Of a stretch of DNA of 64,000 nt, positions 18,632-28,376 are shown piece by piece. The notes beneath the pieces are model-generated. The model was not told the DNA's origin and ran no database searches. It worked only from the letters and a program-made list of their open reading frames with translations. This DNA comes from Thermoanaerobaculia bacterium. GTDB taxonomy: Bacteria; Acidobacteriota; Thermoanaerobaculia; Gp7-AA8. The first letter of the stretch is position 1. The number at the start of each line of letters is the position of its first letter. The translations under genes and the position numbers were made by a program. The DNA lies in the NCBI GenBank assembly GCA_036001325.1, contig DASYUK010000375.1:1616-65615 (forward strand), given 5' to 3'.

Positions 18632-19996
18632 ATGACGCTCATCCTCCTCGCCCTTTTCCTGTTCGCCGCCGTCCCACCCCTCGACAACCCCACTCGGCAG
18701 CTCGTCCGCGACATCTACCGGCAGCTCATCGAGATCAATACGACCGAGTCGGTCGGCAACATGACCACTGCGGCCGAGGCGATGGCGGTGCGATTGCGCG
18801 CCGCCGGCTTTCCTGAATCGGATGTGAAGATGCTGGCACCCGAGCCCCGGCACGGCAATCTCGTGGCGCGACTGCGAGGCACCGGCGCGAAGAAGCCGAT
18901 CCTGCTTCTCGCGCACCTCGATGTCGTCGAAGCGCGGCGCGAAGACTGGTCGACCGATCCCTTCAAGCTCGTCGAGCAGGACGGCTGGTTCTACGGCCGC
19001 GGCACCGGCGATGACAAGGCGATGGCCGCGATCTGGATCGCCACATTGATTCGTTTGAAGCAGGAACACTTCGTTCCGAATCGCGACATCATCGTGGCGC
19101 TCACCGCTGATGAAGAGACCGGCGATTACAACGGCGTGAGCTGGCTCGTCGACAACCATCGCAACCTCATCGACGCCGCGCTGGCGATCAATGAGGGCGG
19201 TGGCGGCGCGATCAAGGAAGGGAAGTATCTCTACAACGGCGTCGGCGCGAGCGAGAAGGTCTATGTGACCTTGGCGCTCACCGTCCGCAACAAGGGCGGA
19301 CACAGCTCCGTGCCGCAAAAGCCAAACGCGATCTATCAGCTCGCGGCCGGTCTTACGCGTCTCGTTGATTATGAATTCCCCGTGAAGCTGAATGAAGTCA
19401 CGCGTGCGTACTTCCGCCGCCTCGCCGACATCGAAGGCGGAGCGTTGGCGGCCGACATGCGCGCGCTCGCCGATCACGAAGACCCATCGGCCGCTGCACG
19501 CGTGGCGCAGACGCCGGCGTACAACGCGCGCATGCGCACGACGTGCGTGGCGACGCGTCTCGATGCCGGTCACGCCGACAATGCGCTGCCGCAGATGGCG
19601 AAAGCGACCGTCAACTGCCGGGTGTTGCCTGGCGAAGATCCGGAAGAAGTTCGCAAGACGGTCGTGCGCGTGCTCAATGATCCGGCGATCGAAGTCGTGT
19701 GGATCGACAAGGCGAAGCCGAGTGTGCCGTCACCGCTCTCGCCGGAGATCATGAAGCCGGTCGAGCAGTTGACGAGCGAATTCTGGCCGGGCGTGCCGGT
19801 GCTGCCGCTGATGGCCTCCGGCGCGAGCGACAGCCTCTATGTGCGAAATGCCGGCATTCCGACGTACGGCATCTCGGCGATGTTCGGCGACATCAATGAG
19901 AATCGCGCGCACGGCAAGGACGAGCGCGTCGGCGTGAAGCAGTTCTACGATTCCGCGCAGTTCCTTTACGCACTGGTCAAAAGACTCTCGTCGTGA
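18632..19996 (+). CDS. M20 family metallopeptidase (carboxypeptidase G2/succinyl-diaminopimelate-desuccinylase-like), secreted
   Basis: Signal peptide MTLILLALFLFAAV. M20 motifs HLDVV, GTGDDKA, TADEETG. The track ORF begins upstream at 18419 inside the thiolase remnant; start taken at the ATG preceding the signal peptide. Confidence 0.8.
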   Translation: MTLILLALFLFAAVPPLDNPTRQLVRDIYRQLIEINTTESVGNMTTAAEAMAVRLRAAGFPESDVKMLAPEPRHGNLVARLRGTGAKKPILLLAHLDVVEARREDWSTDPFKLVEQDGWFYGRGTGDDKAMAAIWIATLIRLKQEHFVPNRDIIVALTADEETGDYNGVSWLVDNHRNLIDAALAINEGGGGAIKEGKYLYNGVGASEKVYVTLALTVRNKGGHSSVPQKPNAIYQLAAGLTRLVDYEFPVKLNEVTRAYFRRLADIEGGALAADMRALADHEDPSAAARVAQTPAYNARMRTTCVATRLDAGHADNALPQMAKATVNCRVLPGEDPEEVRKTVVRVLNDPAIEVVWIDKAKPSVPSPLSPEIMKPVEQLTSEFWPGVPVLPLMASGASDSLYVRNAGIPTYGISAMFGDINENRAHGKDERVGVKQFYDSAQFLYALVKRLSS

Positions 19997-22107
19997 GCGT
20001 TGTTCACGCGGTCTGTCCGCACGATTGCCCCGACACCTGCTCGATGCTCGTCACGGTCGAGAACGGCCGGGCCACGCGCGTCGACGGCAATCGCGATCAT
20101 CCGGTGACGCAGGGTTTTCTCTGCACGAAAGTCTCGAAATACCTCGAGCGAACGTACCACGCGGAACGTTTGCTCTATCCGCAAATCCGCATCGGCGCGA
20201 AGGGTGAAGGGAAATTCCGGCGCGCGAGCTGGGATGAAGCGCTCAACCTTGTCGCGGCGCGATTGCAGTCGATCATCGACTCGCCCGACGGGCCGCAGGC
20301 GATCCTCCCCTACTCGTACGCCGGCACGATGGGTCTCATCCAGGGCTCCTCGATGGATCGGCGCTTCTTTCATCGCATCGGCGCATCACTCCTCGCGCGC
20401 ACGATCTGCGCGTCTGCCGGCGGTGAAGCGCTCAATCTCACGTATGGCACGCGCATGGGGACGGACACGGAGAGCGTCGGCGAGGCAAAGCTGATCATCC
20501 TCTGGGGAACAAACACGCTGACGTCGAATCCGCACCTCTGGCCGTATGTGCGCAAGGCAAAGGCGAAGGGCGCGCCCGTCATCTGCATCGATCCGCTCCG
20601 CACGCGAACGGCCGCTGCATCCGACGAGCACATCGCCATTCGTCCCGGCACCGACGCCGCGCTCGCGTTGGCGATGATGTATCTCCTCTTCCGTGAGGGG
20701 CTGGAAGATCGTCAATATCTTGACCAGATGACGATCGGATGGGAGAAGCTGCGCGACCGCGTCCTTGCCGACTACGCGCCGTCGCGCGTCGCGGAGATCT
20801 GTCGCATTCCTGTCGAGACGATCGAGCGTCTGGCGCGTGAGTACGGCACGACGCGCCCGACGTTCATCCGCCTCAACTACGGCCTCCAGCGTCACGCCGG
20901 CGGCGGTTCCGCGGTTCGTGCAATTTCGCTGCTCCCGGCGATCACCGGTGCGTGGAACGACATCGGCGGCGGCTGCCAGCTCTCGACCTCGGCCACTTTC
21001 TCGCTCGACACGCATGCGCTCGAGCGCCCCGATCTGATCCGCCGCGGTACGCGCACGATCAACATGTCGCGACTCGGCGAAGCGCTCGTCGACATCGATG
21101 ATCCGCCGGTGAAGGCGATGATCGTCTACAACTCGAATCCGGGCGCGGTCGCGCCGCGGCGCGAGAAAGTCGTGCGCGGACTGAAGCGCGACGATCTCTT
21201 CACCGTCGTCCTCGAGCACTTCCAGACGGATACCGCCGATTACGCGGACGTGCTATTGCCGGCGACGACGCAGCTCGAGCACGACGACCTTCACAAGGCA
21301 TATGGTCACCTCTATCTGATGTACAACCGCCGCGCGATCGAGCCCCTCGGCGAGGCCTTGCCGAATTCCGAGATCTTCCGGCGCCTCGCGGCGAAGATGC
21401 GATTGGATTATCCCGAGCTGAAAGAGTCCGACGAGGAAATGATGATTGCTGCCCTTCTCCCGGCGGGAGAAGGTGCCGGAACGGCGGATGAGGGCCACCC
21501 CTCACCCGGCCTTCGGCCACCCTCTCCCGGTGGGAGAGGGCTCTTGAACATCCTCCAGGAGCGCGGCTGGGTGCGCATCGATGTGCCGAAGCCGCATCTG
21601 CCGTTCAAAGCGGGTGCTCGTCTGCGGACACCGAGTGGAAAGATCGAGATCGAGTCGAAAGGATTCGCCGCTGCCGGTGCTGACGCGTTGCCGTCGTACA
21701 TTCCGCCGTATGAATCGGAAGAGCGCGATCCCGAGCTCGTTCAGAGATATCCGCTCGCGCTGATCTCGCCGCCGGCGCACGCGTTTTTGAACTCGACATT
21801 CGTCAACGTCGCGTCGCTGCGGCGCTCCGCTGGAAAGCCGACACTCGAGATCCACGCCGACGACGCCACAGCGCGCGACATCGCCAGCGGCGATCGCGTG
21901 ACGATCTACAACGATCGCGGCCGGTTCAGTGCCGTGGCGGTGGTGACTGATCGGGTTCGACCGGGCGTGGTGGCCGCGCCGTCGATCTGGTGGCCAAAGC
22001 TGACCGCCGATCGCGCCAACGCGAATCACACCACCTCGGAAGCGATCACCGATGTCGGCGGTGGGGCGACGTTCTACGACAACATGGTCGAGGTCGCGCC
22101 GGCATGA
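19993..22107 (+). CDS. Molybdopterin (bis-MGD) oxidoreductase, MopB superfamily (formate dehydrogenase/nitrate reductase-like catalytic subunit)
   Basis: N-terminal 4Fe-4S motif CPHDCPDTC...C (VCPHDCPDTCSMLV...GFLCTKVS). 704 aa. GTG start overlaps the M20 stop by 4 nt. Confidence 0.85.
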   Translation: MSVVHAVCPHDCPDTCSMLVTVENGRATRVDGNRDHPVTQGFLCTKVSKYLERTYHAERLLYPQIRIGAKGEGKFRRASWDEALNLVAARLQSIIDSPDGPQAILPYSYAGTMGLIQGSSMDRRFFHRIGASLLARTICASAGGEALNLTYGTRMGTDTESVGEAKLIILWGTNTLTSNPHLWPYVRKAKAKGAPVICIDPLRTRTAAASDEHIAIRPGTDAALALAMMYLLFREGLEDRQYLDQMTIGWEKLRDRVLADYAPSRVAEICRIPVETIERLAREYGTTRPTFIRLNYGLQRHAGGGSAVRAISLLPAITGAWNDIGGGCQLSTSATFSLDTHALERPDLIRRGTRTINMSRLGEALVDIDDPPVKAMIVYNSNPGAVAPRREKVVRGLKRDDLFTVVLEHFQTDTADYADVLLPATTQLEHDDLHKAYGHLYLMYNRRAIEPLGEALPNSEIFRRLAAKMRLDYPELKESDEEMMIAALLPAGEGAGTADEGHPSPGLRPPSPGGRGLLNILQERGWVRIDVPKPHLPFKAGARLRTPSGKIEIESKGFAAAGADALPSYIPPYESEERDPELVQRYPLALISPPAHAFLNSTFVNVASLRRSAGKPTLEIHADDATARDIASGDRVTIYNDRGRFSAVAVVTDRVRPGVVAAPSIWWPKLTADRANANHTTSEAITDVGGGATFYDNMVEVAPA
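21490..21541. repeat. REP-like GC-rich hairpin element inserted in frame inside the Mo-oxidoreductase CDS
   Basis: GAGGGCCACCCCTCACCCGGCCTTCGGCCACCCTCTCCCGGTGGGAGAGGGC, with stem CCCTCTCCC/GGGAGAGGG. Related copies at 45474-45585 and 59356-59430 are intergenic. Here it encodes EGHPSPGLRPPSPGGRGL. Confidence 0.6.
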
Positions 22108-22886
22108 TCGCCTATTTCATCGCGGCGATCCTCATGACGATCATCTGGATGACGATCATCTATCTGAACGAGCGATACAACCTTCTCAGTTGCGACCGCT
22201 TCACGTCGCTCGGCAAGAAGTACTTCGCCTACGGTTGGCTCGGACTCTTCCTCCTGCTCCTCGGCGTCCTCGTGGCAAACGCGGCGAAGAATCCGGCGCG
22301 CGCAAGCGATCTCGCGCGCACGCCGTTCTATGCGCTCTTCTCGCTGCATTTGATCCTGGTGATGTTTCTGATCGGCTGGTGGCTGGCCACGAACCGTCCT
22401 CCGCTGCGCGAGTTTTTCAATATTCAGAACGGGCGCTCGGGCGAAGCGATTCTCATCGGCCTGGCGGTCGGTGTCGCCGGCTGGATCTTCACGCTCCTCG
22501 TGGCCGTGGGCATCGCGGCGATCCTCAACGCCGCCGGATTGATCGAGGAGCCGAAGCCTTCGCCGGTGATCGGATTCATGGCCGCGCTTCCGGTCTGGAA
22601 GAAAGCGCTGCTCGTGCTCTCGGCGATGACCGTGGAAGAAGCATTCTTCCGCGCCTGGATGCAGAAGCGCATCGGGCTGATCGCCTCGACCACTCTTTTT
22701 TCGCTGGCGCACTTCACGCTCGGACAACCGCTGCTGCTGATCGGCGTGACGGTGATCTCACTCGTCATCGGCTTCACGTTCTATCGCACCAAGAACGTGT
22801 TGCCGGGCGTCGTCGCGCACGGCGTGTTCGACGCCGTGCAGCTCTTCGTGATCATCCCGATCGCGTTCAAGATTACAGGGATGTGA
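22104..22886 (+). CDS. CPBP family intramembrane glutamic endopeptidase (CAAX protease/Abi-like)
   Basis: EEAFFRAWMQKRIGLIASTTLFSLAHF (EExxxR and FxxxH motifs) plus a late H (VVAHGVFDA); multiple TM helices. The ATG overlaps the upstream TGA (ATGA). Confidence 0.75.
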   Translation: MIAYFIAAILMTIIWMTIIYLNERYNLLSCDRFTSLGKKYFAYGWLGLFLLLLGVLVANAAKNPARASDLARTPFYALFSLHLILVMFLIGWWLATNRPPLREFFNIQNGRSGEAILIGLAVGVAGWIFTLLVAVGIAAILNAAGLIEEPKPSPVIGFMAALPVWKKALLVLSAMTVEEAFFRAWMQKRIGLIASTTLFSLAHFTLGQPLLLIGVTVISLVIGFTFYRTKNVLPGVVAHGVFDAVQLFVIIPIAFKITGM

Positions 22887-25234
22887 TGCCGATGGTCGTC
22901 GCCGAGAACGCGCGGCATCGGGACCTCTGGTGTATCGCGTTGCTGGTCGCGATCGCCACCGTGTTCTTCTCAGACGTCTTGTTCGTCGGCAGCAACTTTT
23001 ATTACCGCGATCTGTTCGTCTATCACTTCCCGATGAAGTCAGTCGTGCGGGAGGCGATGTTGAGCGGTGAGTTTCCGTTCTGGAACCGGCACTATTCGGC
23101 TGGTCAGCCGCTGGCAGCGAATCCGGCGTACGAGCTTTTCTACCCACTGCAATGGCTCATCCTCGTCGGACCGTATCCGTTCGGTTTCGCACTGCACATC
23201 GTCGTCCACGTCTACGTGGCGCTGATCGGAATGTATCTGCTTCTGCGCGAGCTGCCGTTGGGACGATCCGCATCGATGTTCGGCGCTCTCTCGTTCGGCC
23301 TGGGAGGTCTGCTCCACGGAACGATGACGATGCTGCCGACGTTCTTCGTTTGGGCGCTGGCACCGATCGTCGGTTGGAGCGTTCTGCGCGTGCTACGTCA
23401 GCCGAACGGGAAGCGATTCGCTGTGGCAGCGGTACTCGCCGGTATCCAACTGATCATCGCCGAGCCGATGGCGATTCTGCAGATGTGGATGCTCATCGCC
23501 ACCGGCGCGTTGCTGATGGTTCGCACGACCGGCCTTCGCCTCGCGCGTGCGTTCGCTGCGCTTCTGCTGGTCGGTATCCTGTCGGCGCTCATCGCTGCGG
23601 TTCAATTGATTCCCGCGATCGATCATGCGCGCAACTCGGCGCGGTCGCGCGGTCTGCCCTACAACCAAGTCCGTCAATACGCGATGCCTGTGGCACGCCC
23701 GCTCGAGCTGGCGATCCCGCATCTTTACGGATCATTCGATCCATTCACGCGCGCGTTCTGGGGCGTATCCGCATTCGATCGCGGCTCGCCGTACCTGGCG
23801 TGTCTCTATAACGGCATCGGCGTGCTGATTTTCGCGCTGGCCGGGTTTGTCTCGCGGGCGCGAGGTGCCGGAGCCGTCGGTTCGCTGGCAATCGCGTCGT
23901 ACGTGCTGGCCATCGGCGATCGCACGCCGCTGCTTCACGCTCTCTACTCCGCCGGCGTCGCCCGCGGAATTCGTTATCCCGAGAAGTTCGCTGCGCTGGG
24001 AATCGTGGCGATCACGCTGTTCGCGGCGACCGTCGCCGACCGTTTTCTGTCCGGCGATGTCCAGACGCGCCGCGCCGTGATCGTGGCCGGCGTCATCGTC
24101 GTCGCCATCAGCGCGATCCCCGTGACGTGGTCGATCATGCCACGCTTTCCAGAGTCGTTCCTCACCTTCTGGCAACTTTCGCTCTATGACCTCCGAGTCG
24201 CTTCGATCGCTCGTGCGAAGTGGATCCTGGGCTTTTGTGTGTCGGCAGCCGCGCTCGCGCTACTTCTCGCGCTGCCGCGTCTCGATCGCCGGCCGTGGTT
24301 GCTCCTCGCGTTTACGCTCGTCCTCTTCGACGTCGGTGTCGTAGGGAACGAGATCGTATCGCGCCTGCCCAAATCGTATTTTTCACCACCTGATGCCGTG
24401 ACTCTTTTCGATCCGCAGCGGAGCACGTACGCGCTGCTGCATCGCGGTGACTGGAACCCGGAGACCCAGAACCACAAGAATCTCGAGAGACTCCTCGGCC
24501 CTTGGTTCACGCGAAACGCGCTCAAGGTCTTCAGTCCGGCGGCATGGGGATTTCGCAGTGTGCTGGAGCTCGATTTCGACGAGACCGCTCTCTTGCCGAC
24601 ACACGACATGCTCGACGCGATGATGCGACTCGGCAACAGCGGGTTCACGCCATGGGCCGAGTCGTTCGGCGCGATTTCGAACGTGCGATACATCATCGAT
24701 TACAGGTTGCTGGCTGACGTGGCAGCGGAGGGTCGCGACATCGAGCATAGCCGGCCGATCCGGATCACGCGCGTCGCCGATGTCGGGCGCTACTACTTCC
24801 CCGAACAGGTTATCCAGGTGCGAGGTCCCGACGATGTGATCGCCTTCATGCGGCGCAGCGGAATCCGGCGTCCAACGGCTTTCGTAGGGTTCGCTCCTCC
24901 GCTCCCGTCACGCGGCAACGTGCTTCGCATCGTGGAGCGTGCAAACAGCGCGACCGTCGATGTCCAATGTGCCGCCGATGCACTTTTTGTCGCCACTGTC
25001 ACCCGTCACAAATATTGGCGCGCCACAGTCGACGGCCGTGCTGCGCGCCTGCTGCCGGTGAACATCGCCTATCAGGGATTGATTGTGCCGGCCGGCAAAC
25101 ACCGCATCGAAATGCGGTACCGCAATCCCCTCGTCATCTGGAGCGCGGCCTTGAGTCTCGCCACTCTCGTAGCGTGCGGATTGGGAACTATTGCTCTGAG
25201 ACAACCACGCCGTCGCCTTCAAAGCGAATCTTGA
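22886..25234 (+). CDS. Large polytopic membrane protein, YfhO/GT-C glycosyltransferase-like (782 aa)
   Basis: Many TM helices in the N-terminal two-thirds, with a YfhO-like N-terminus (FYYRDLFVYHFPMKSVVREAMLSGEFPFWNRHYSAGQPLAANPAYELFYPLQW). Start ATG shares one nt with the CPBP stop codon. The track ORF 22052..25234 is the same frame with an artifactual upstream extension. Confidence 0.5.
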   Translation: MPMVVAENARHRDLWCIALLVAIATVFFSDVLFVGSNFYYRDLFVYHFPMKSVVREAMLSGEFPFWNRHYSAGQPLAANPAYELFYPLQWLILVGPYPFGFALHIVVHVYVALIGMYLLLRELPLGRSASMFGALSFGLGGLLHGTMTMLPTFFVWALAPIVGWSVLRVLRQPNGKRFAVAAVLAGIQLIIAEPMAILQMWMLIATGALLMVRTTGLRLARAFAALLLVGILSALIAAVQLIPAIDHARNSARSRGLPYNQVRQYAMPVARPLELAIPHLYGSFDPFTRAFWGVSAFDRGSPYLACLYNGIGVLIFALAGFVSRARGAGAVGSLAIASYVLAIGDRTPLLHALYSAGVARGIRYPEKFAALGIVAITLFAATVADRFLSGDVQTRRAVIVAGVIVVAISAIPVTWSIMPRFPESFLTFWQLSLYDLRVASIARAKWILGFCVSAAALALLLALPRLDRRPWLLLAFTLVLFDVGVVGNEIVSRLPKSYFSPPDAVTLFDPQRSTYALLHRGDWNPETQNHKNLERLLGPWFTRNALKVFSPAAWGFRSVLELDFDETALLPTHDMLDAMMRLGNSGFTPWAESFGAISNVRYIIDYRLLADVAAEGRDIEHSRPIRITRVADVGRYYFPEQVIQVRGPDDVIAFMRRSGIRRPTAFVGFAPPLPSRGNVLRIVERANSATVDVQCAADALFVATVTRHKYWRATVDGRAARLLPVNIAYQGLIVPAGKHRIEMRYRNPLVIWSAALSLATLVACGLGTIALRQPRRRLQSES

Positions 25235-26552
25235 ACCCGCTCTGATCGTCGTTCGAGATCATCACGTCCTGCAGCGAGCTGTCGTCGACCACCGTCGGAA
25301 TCAGGTTCCCCGTCCAGGCCACGACCGCATTCGAAGAGATCGACAGCGGATATTCGCGCGTGACACGGAGCGTCAACGGTTCGATCGACGTCGAGATCGC
25401 CAGCGATCCCTTCCCGAAGATCTTCACCGTGTCGATCTTTCGTTGATACGACGGATCGTAGATCGGCTCGACGCGATAAGTCAGCGTCTCTTCGAGCGCG
25501 AGAAGATTGCTTCCTTCGACGTAGATGAACTCTTCACTCAGCTCGAGAAGGAATGTCTTGCGACCTTTCTCATAAACGAACAGCTTCCCCTGGCCGGTTG
25601 CCTTCACTAGCGTCTGGGCCGTGGTGCCGAGGAGTCCCGACTCGGCGATGAATTTGAGATTGCCGGAGTAACTGGAGACCGTGCCGCGCTTCACGTGCAC
25701 ACTGCGCGCGAAGTTGATCTCCAGGAATCCGTTCTCGTGCAGCACGAACGTCTTCGCTCCGCTCTCGACTTTTCGCTCGAGAGTGATCCGCTTCTCTTCG
25801 ACCGGCTGCGCTTCGTCGACCGCTTCCTGCAACTTCAGGGCGGCGGTGTGACCGGCATCGGGTCGCGGCGACTCCGGGATCGGGATCTTCGCCGGCGCCG
25901 GTGTTCGCGCGCGACCCGGGACAAGCGTCTTCTCCCGATCGGGCGAAGGCGCTTGGGTTGCCGGTTGCGTGCGAACATCGGGTTTCGTGAGCGGCTTGAC
26001 GGCCGGAATCTTCGCCGTGGTGAACTTCATCTCCTTACCGGCCGCGGCGACCGGAGCAGTGCTGACCACCTGCTTGACTTCGTTCTCGACTTCACGAACG
26101 AGCTTGTCGGCGCCGGCGAACTTCAGATGCTCGAGCGCCAGTCCGTACTTTTTGCGCTGCCGATACAGCAGGCCGAGATAGAGATGCGATTTCGCATAGT
26201 TCGGTCTCAGCTCGACCGACCGCATCAGAAACTCCTCGGCGTCATCGAGCTTGCCTTGTTTGAAGAGAATCAGCCCGAGATTCGAGTGGAGGATGAATAC
26301 GTTCGGGTTCTCTCGCGCCAGCCGGCGATAGATCACCTCCGCCTCGGGGAACGCGTTGGTCTTGAAGTAAACGAGGCCGAGGAGATTGAGCACATCGGTG
26401 TCATCGGGGCGGAGCTTCTGCGCGTTCTCCAGCTCGCGACGCGCCTCGGCGAATCGACCCTCCTGAAACGCTTCGCGACCCCGGTTGTAATGAAGGAGAA
26501 AGACGCCCTGATCGAATGGCGCTTGCAGAGGAACCGCATCGCGATCGACCAT
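25188..26552 (-). CDS. TPR-repeat protein with a C-terminal beta-rich domain (possibly AIM24/DUF124-like)
   Basis: N-terminal TPRs (AEARRELENAQKLRPDDTDVLNLLGLVYFKTNAFPEAEVIYRRLARENP...). A Pro/Ala-rich linker. A C-terminal ~200-aa beta domain. The AIM24 assignment is tentative. Confidence 0.55.
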   Translation of the reverse strand: MVDRDAVPLQAPFDQGVFLLHYNRGREAFQEGRFAEARRELENAQKLRPDDTDVLNLLGLVYFKTNAFPEAEVIYRRLARENPNVFILHSNLGLILFKQGKLDDAEEFLMRSVELRPNYAKSHLYLGLLYRQRKKYGLALEHLKFAGADKLVREVENEVKQVVSTAPVAAAGKEMKFTTAKIPAVKPLTKPDVRTQPATQAPSPDREKTLVPGRARTPAPAKIPIPESPRPDAGHTAALKLQEAVDEAQPVEEKRITLERKVESGAKTFVLHENGFLEINFARSVHVKRGTVSSYSGNLKFIAESGLLGTTAQTLVKATGQGKLFVYEKGRKTFLLELSEEFIYVEGSNLLALEETLTYRVEPIYDPSYQRKIDTVKIFGKGSLAISTSIEPLTLRVTREYPLSISSNAVVAWTGNLIPTVVDDSSLQDVMISNDDQSGFKIRFEGDGVVVSEQ

Positions 26553-26571
26553 TTGACCGCGATTGTAGCGG

Positions 26572-27264
26572 TTACTGCGATCCGAGGTAGCGCATGCCAG
26601 GGAGCATCGCGGCGATCGGCTGGGTCACGCGACTCGTAAAGCCGCCGCGGAGCGCCGGCTTCCCTTTGCCGGCGGCGAAGATGACCGGCTGGCCGTAGGG
26701 ATGACCGTAGTAAACCGTCAGAGCGCGCTTCACGTACGTCGTCGTTTCTTCATACGGCGGAATGCCACCGTAGCGCACGACGGCATTCGGACCGGCGTTG
26801 TACGCCGCGAGCGCGCGCGGAAGATCGGAGAACATCTCCACCATGTCGCGCAGGTGCTGAATGCCCGCGCGGATATTCTGATCGGGATCGTGAATCTTCG
26901 TAACGCCGTAATGTCGCGCGGTCTCCGGCATGAGTTGCATCAGCCCGCGCGCGCCCTTCCGCGACACGCACGTCGGATCGAAGTCCGACTCGACCTGGAT
27001 CACGGCGCGTACGAGTGTCGGATCGACGCGAAACTGCTTCGCATAACGCTCGATCAGGATGTCGTAGCGCGAGGGGCGATCGTGCTGGCGCGCCAGCCAT
27101 TGAAAGTCGGTAAACGCCCGGTGCGAGCGACCCGACGGCACGTTGTAGATCACTTTGCTGCCGTCGCCTTTGATCAGGAGGTGGACCTGCGCATTCAGGC
27201 TCGACGCGGCGAGGAGCAGCGCCAGGATCACGCCCGTGACACGCATCGTTCGAAATGGTACCAC
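26572..27264 (-). CDS. Lytic transglycosylase (SLT domain), secreted
   Basis: Signal peptide MVPFRTMRVTGVILALLLAASSLNA. SLT motifs VIQVESDFDPTCVSRKGARGLMQLMPETARHYG. Confidence 0.8.
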   Translation of the reverse strand: MVPFRTMRVTGVILALLLAASSLNAQVHLLIKGDGSKVIYNVPSGRSHRAFTDFQWLARQHDRPSRYDILIERYAKQFRVDPTLVRAVIQVESDFDPTCVSRKGARGLMQLMPETARHYGVTKIHDPDQNIRAGIQHLRDMVEMFSDLPRALAAYNAGPNAVVRYGGIPPYEETTTYVKRALTVYYGHPYGQPVIFAAGKGKPALRGGFTSRVTQPIAAMLPGMRYLGSQ

Positions 27265-27452
27265 TGGACGATGAAATGAAGCTGACAGAGGCTTCGGGAC
27301 AAAAATTTACGTTTCCCGCGCACATCTCCGATCGCGGTTTGCGCTATGATGGCTGTGCTCCATACAACGTGTTCGAAAGCGACCCGGCGTCGCCGAAGGG
27401 TGTATCGGGTCGATCACTCGTTCAACGTCGCACTAGACGAGGAGAACCCAAC

Positions 27453-27821
27453 ATGGACGGCCTTCTTCGAGCGCTCATCAAAACCGTTCGGCGGCGCCTG
27501 AAAGCCGATGAGGAAGTTACCGTGGAGGCTGTTACTCGCGAGCTCGGCTATACCCGCCAGTACATCTCCGGCCGCTTTCATCGCGTGACCGGACGGCTTC
27601 TCAGTCACTTCCTCAAAGAGAAGCGGCTGGAGAAGGCTGCTCGCCTGCTAAAGACCGGAAATCTCCGAGTGTCGCAGGTCGCGCGTCGCTGCGGCTTCGA
27701 CTCGGAGAACTACTTCCGCCAGCAGTTCCGGCAGCGTTACGGGATGTCGCCCCGCCAGTTCCGCACGACCGGAGCGATCCGTGTTCACCCTCTGTCGAAG
27801 CCCGCTTCCGTCCAGATGTAA
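27453..27821 (+). CDS. Small AraC-type HTH DNA-binding protein (122 aa, HTH_18 only)
   Basis: ELGYTRQYISGRFHRVTGRLLSHFLKEKRLEKAARLLKTGNLRVSQVARRCGFDSENYFRQQFRQRYGMSPRQFR. Start at ATG 27453, preceded by GAGGAGAAC; the track ORF begins upstream at 27255. Confidence 0.6.
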   Translation: MDGLLRALIKTVRRRLKADEEVTVEAVTRELGYTRQYISGRFHRVTGRLLSHFLKEKRLEKAARLLKTGNLRVSQVARRCGFDSENYFRQQFRQRYGMSPRQFRTTGAIRVHPLSKPASVQM

Positions 27822-28372
27822 CGGAGCGTGTTCGCGTCGAGCGTGCGCGTGACGATCGCGTCGCGTGTGAACAGCAGCACGCGCCTGGGCCAGGAATGCG
27901 GGATCGCCGTTCGCGCGAGATCTTCGCGATGCGCGGCAGCCGAGTCGAACGTCATAGCGCGAAGTGGGTTCTGCAGCCGCACGACCGTTCCCTGGATCGT
28001 CAAGTCATCGGCCAGTCGCAGGTGGTGACGCCGGTGGAACAGGCGAATTTCACCTTCGTCGAGTCGAAGCCGGAGCGGCCGGCCCGCGTAGATCGGCAGC
28101 GTGCGGATGCGAAAGCCCCAGGCATTTCCCGCGTTGATCGATCCGATGACCTCACTTGCCAGCGCATCGTCCACGGTTTCTCGCTCGCGAACGATGAGGA
28201 TCCAGTCATTCGAGGCAGCGTCGATCGCGCGATTGAGCTCGGCGCGATGCTTTGAAAGCGGATCACGCGGCTTGAGATCGAGAACGAGTTGCTCGATCCG
28301 CGTGAAGTGCGCCGTCAGCGGCGTGATGTCCTCGGCGTGCACGTGGCCGAGGGTGATGATGGAGAGTTCCAT
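27785..28372 (-). CDS. Hypothetical protein (195 aa); possible GT-A-like fold, unverified
   Basis: GC3-rich ORF with no clear motif. Its 3' end overlaps the AraC-like gene convergently by 37 nt. Confidence 0.35.
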   Translation of the reverse strand: MELSIITLGHVHAEDITPLTAHFTRIEQLVLDLKPRDPLSKHRAELNRAIDAASNDWILIVRERETVDDALASEVIGSINAGNAWGFRIRTLPIYAGRPLRLRLDEGEIRLFHRRHHLRLADDLTIQGTVVRLQNPLRAMTFDSAAAHREDLARTAIPHSWPRRVLLFTRDAIVTRTLDANTLRYIWTEAGFDRG

Positions 28373-28376
28373 GCAT

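Noticed and set aside
18245-19573. 442-aa ORF antisense to the M20 peptidase and thiolase remnant
   Set aside because: Overlaps a confidently assigned M20 peptidase on the other strand. No domain signal; arginine-rich junk translation.
20386-21219. 277-aa ORF antisense to the Mo-oxidoreductase
   Set aside because: Lies within a gene with a clear 4Fe-4S/MopB signature on the opposite strand; no motifs.
22052-22885. Upstream 278 codons of the 1060-aa track ORF 22052..25234
   Set aside because: This part overlaps the 3' end of the Mo-oxidoreductase and the entire CPBP gene in another frame. The membrane protein's hydrophobic sequence and an ATG coupled to the CPBP stop begin at 22886.
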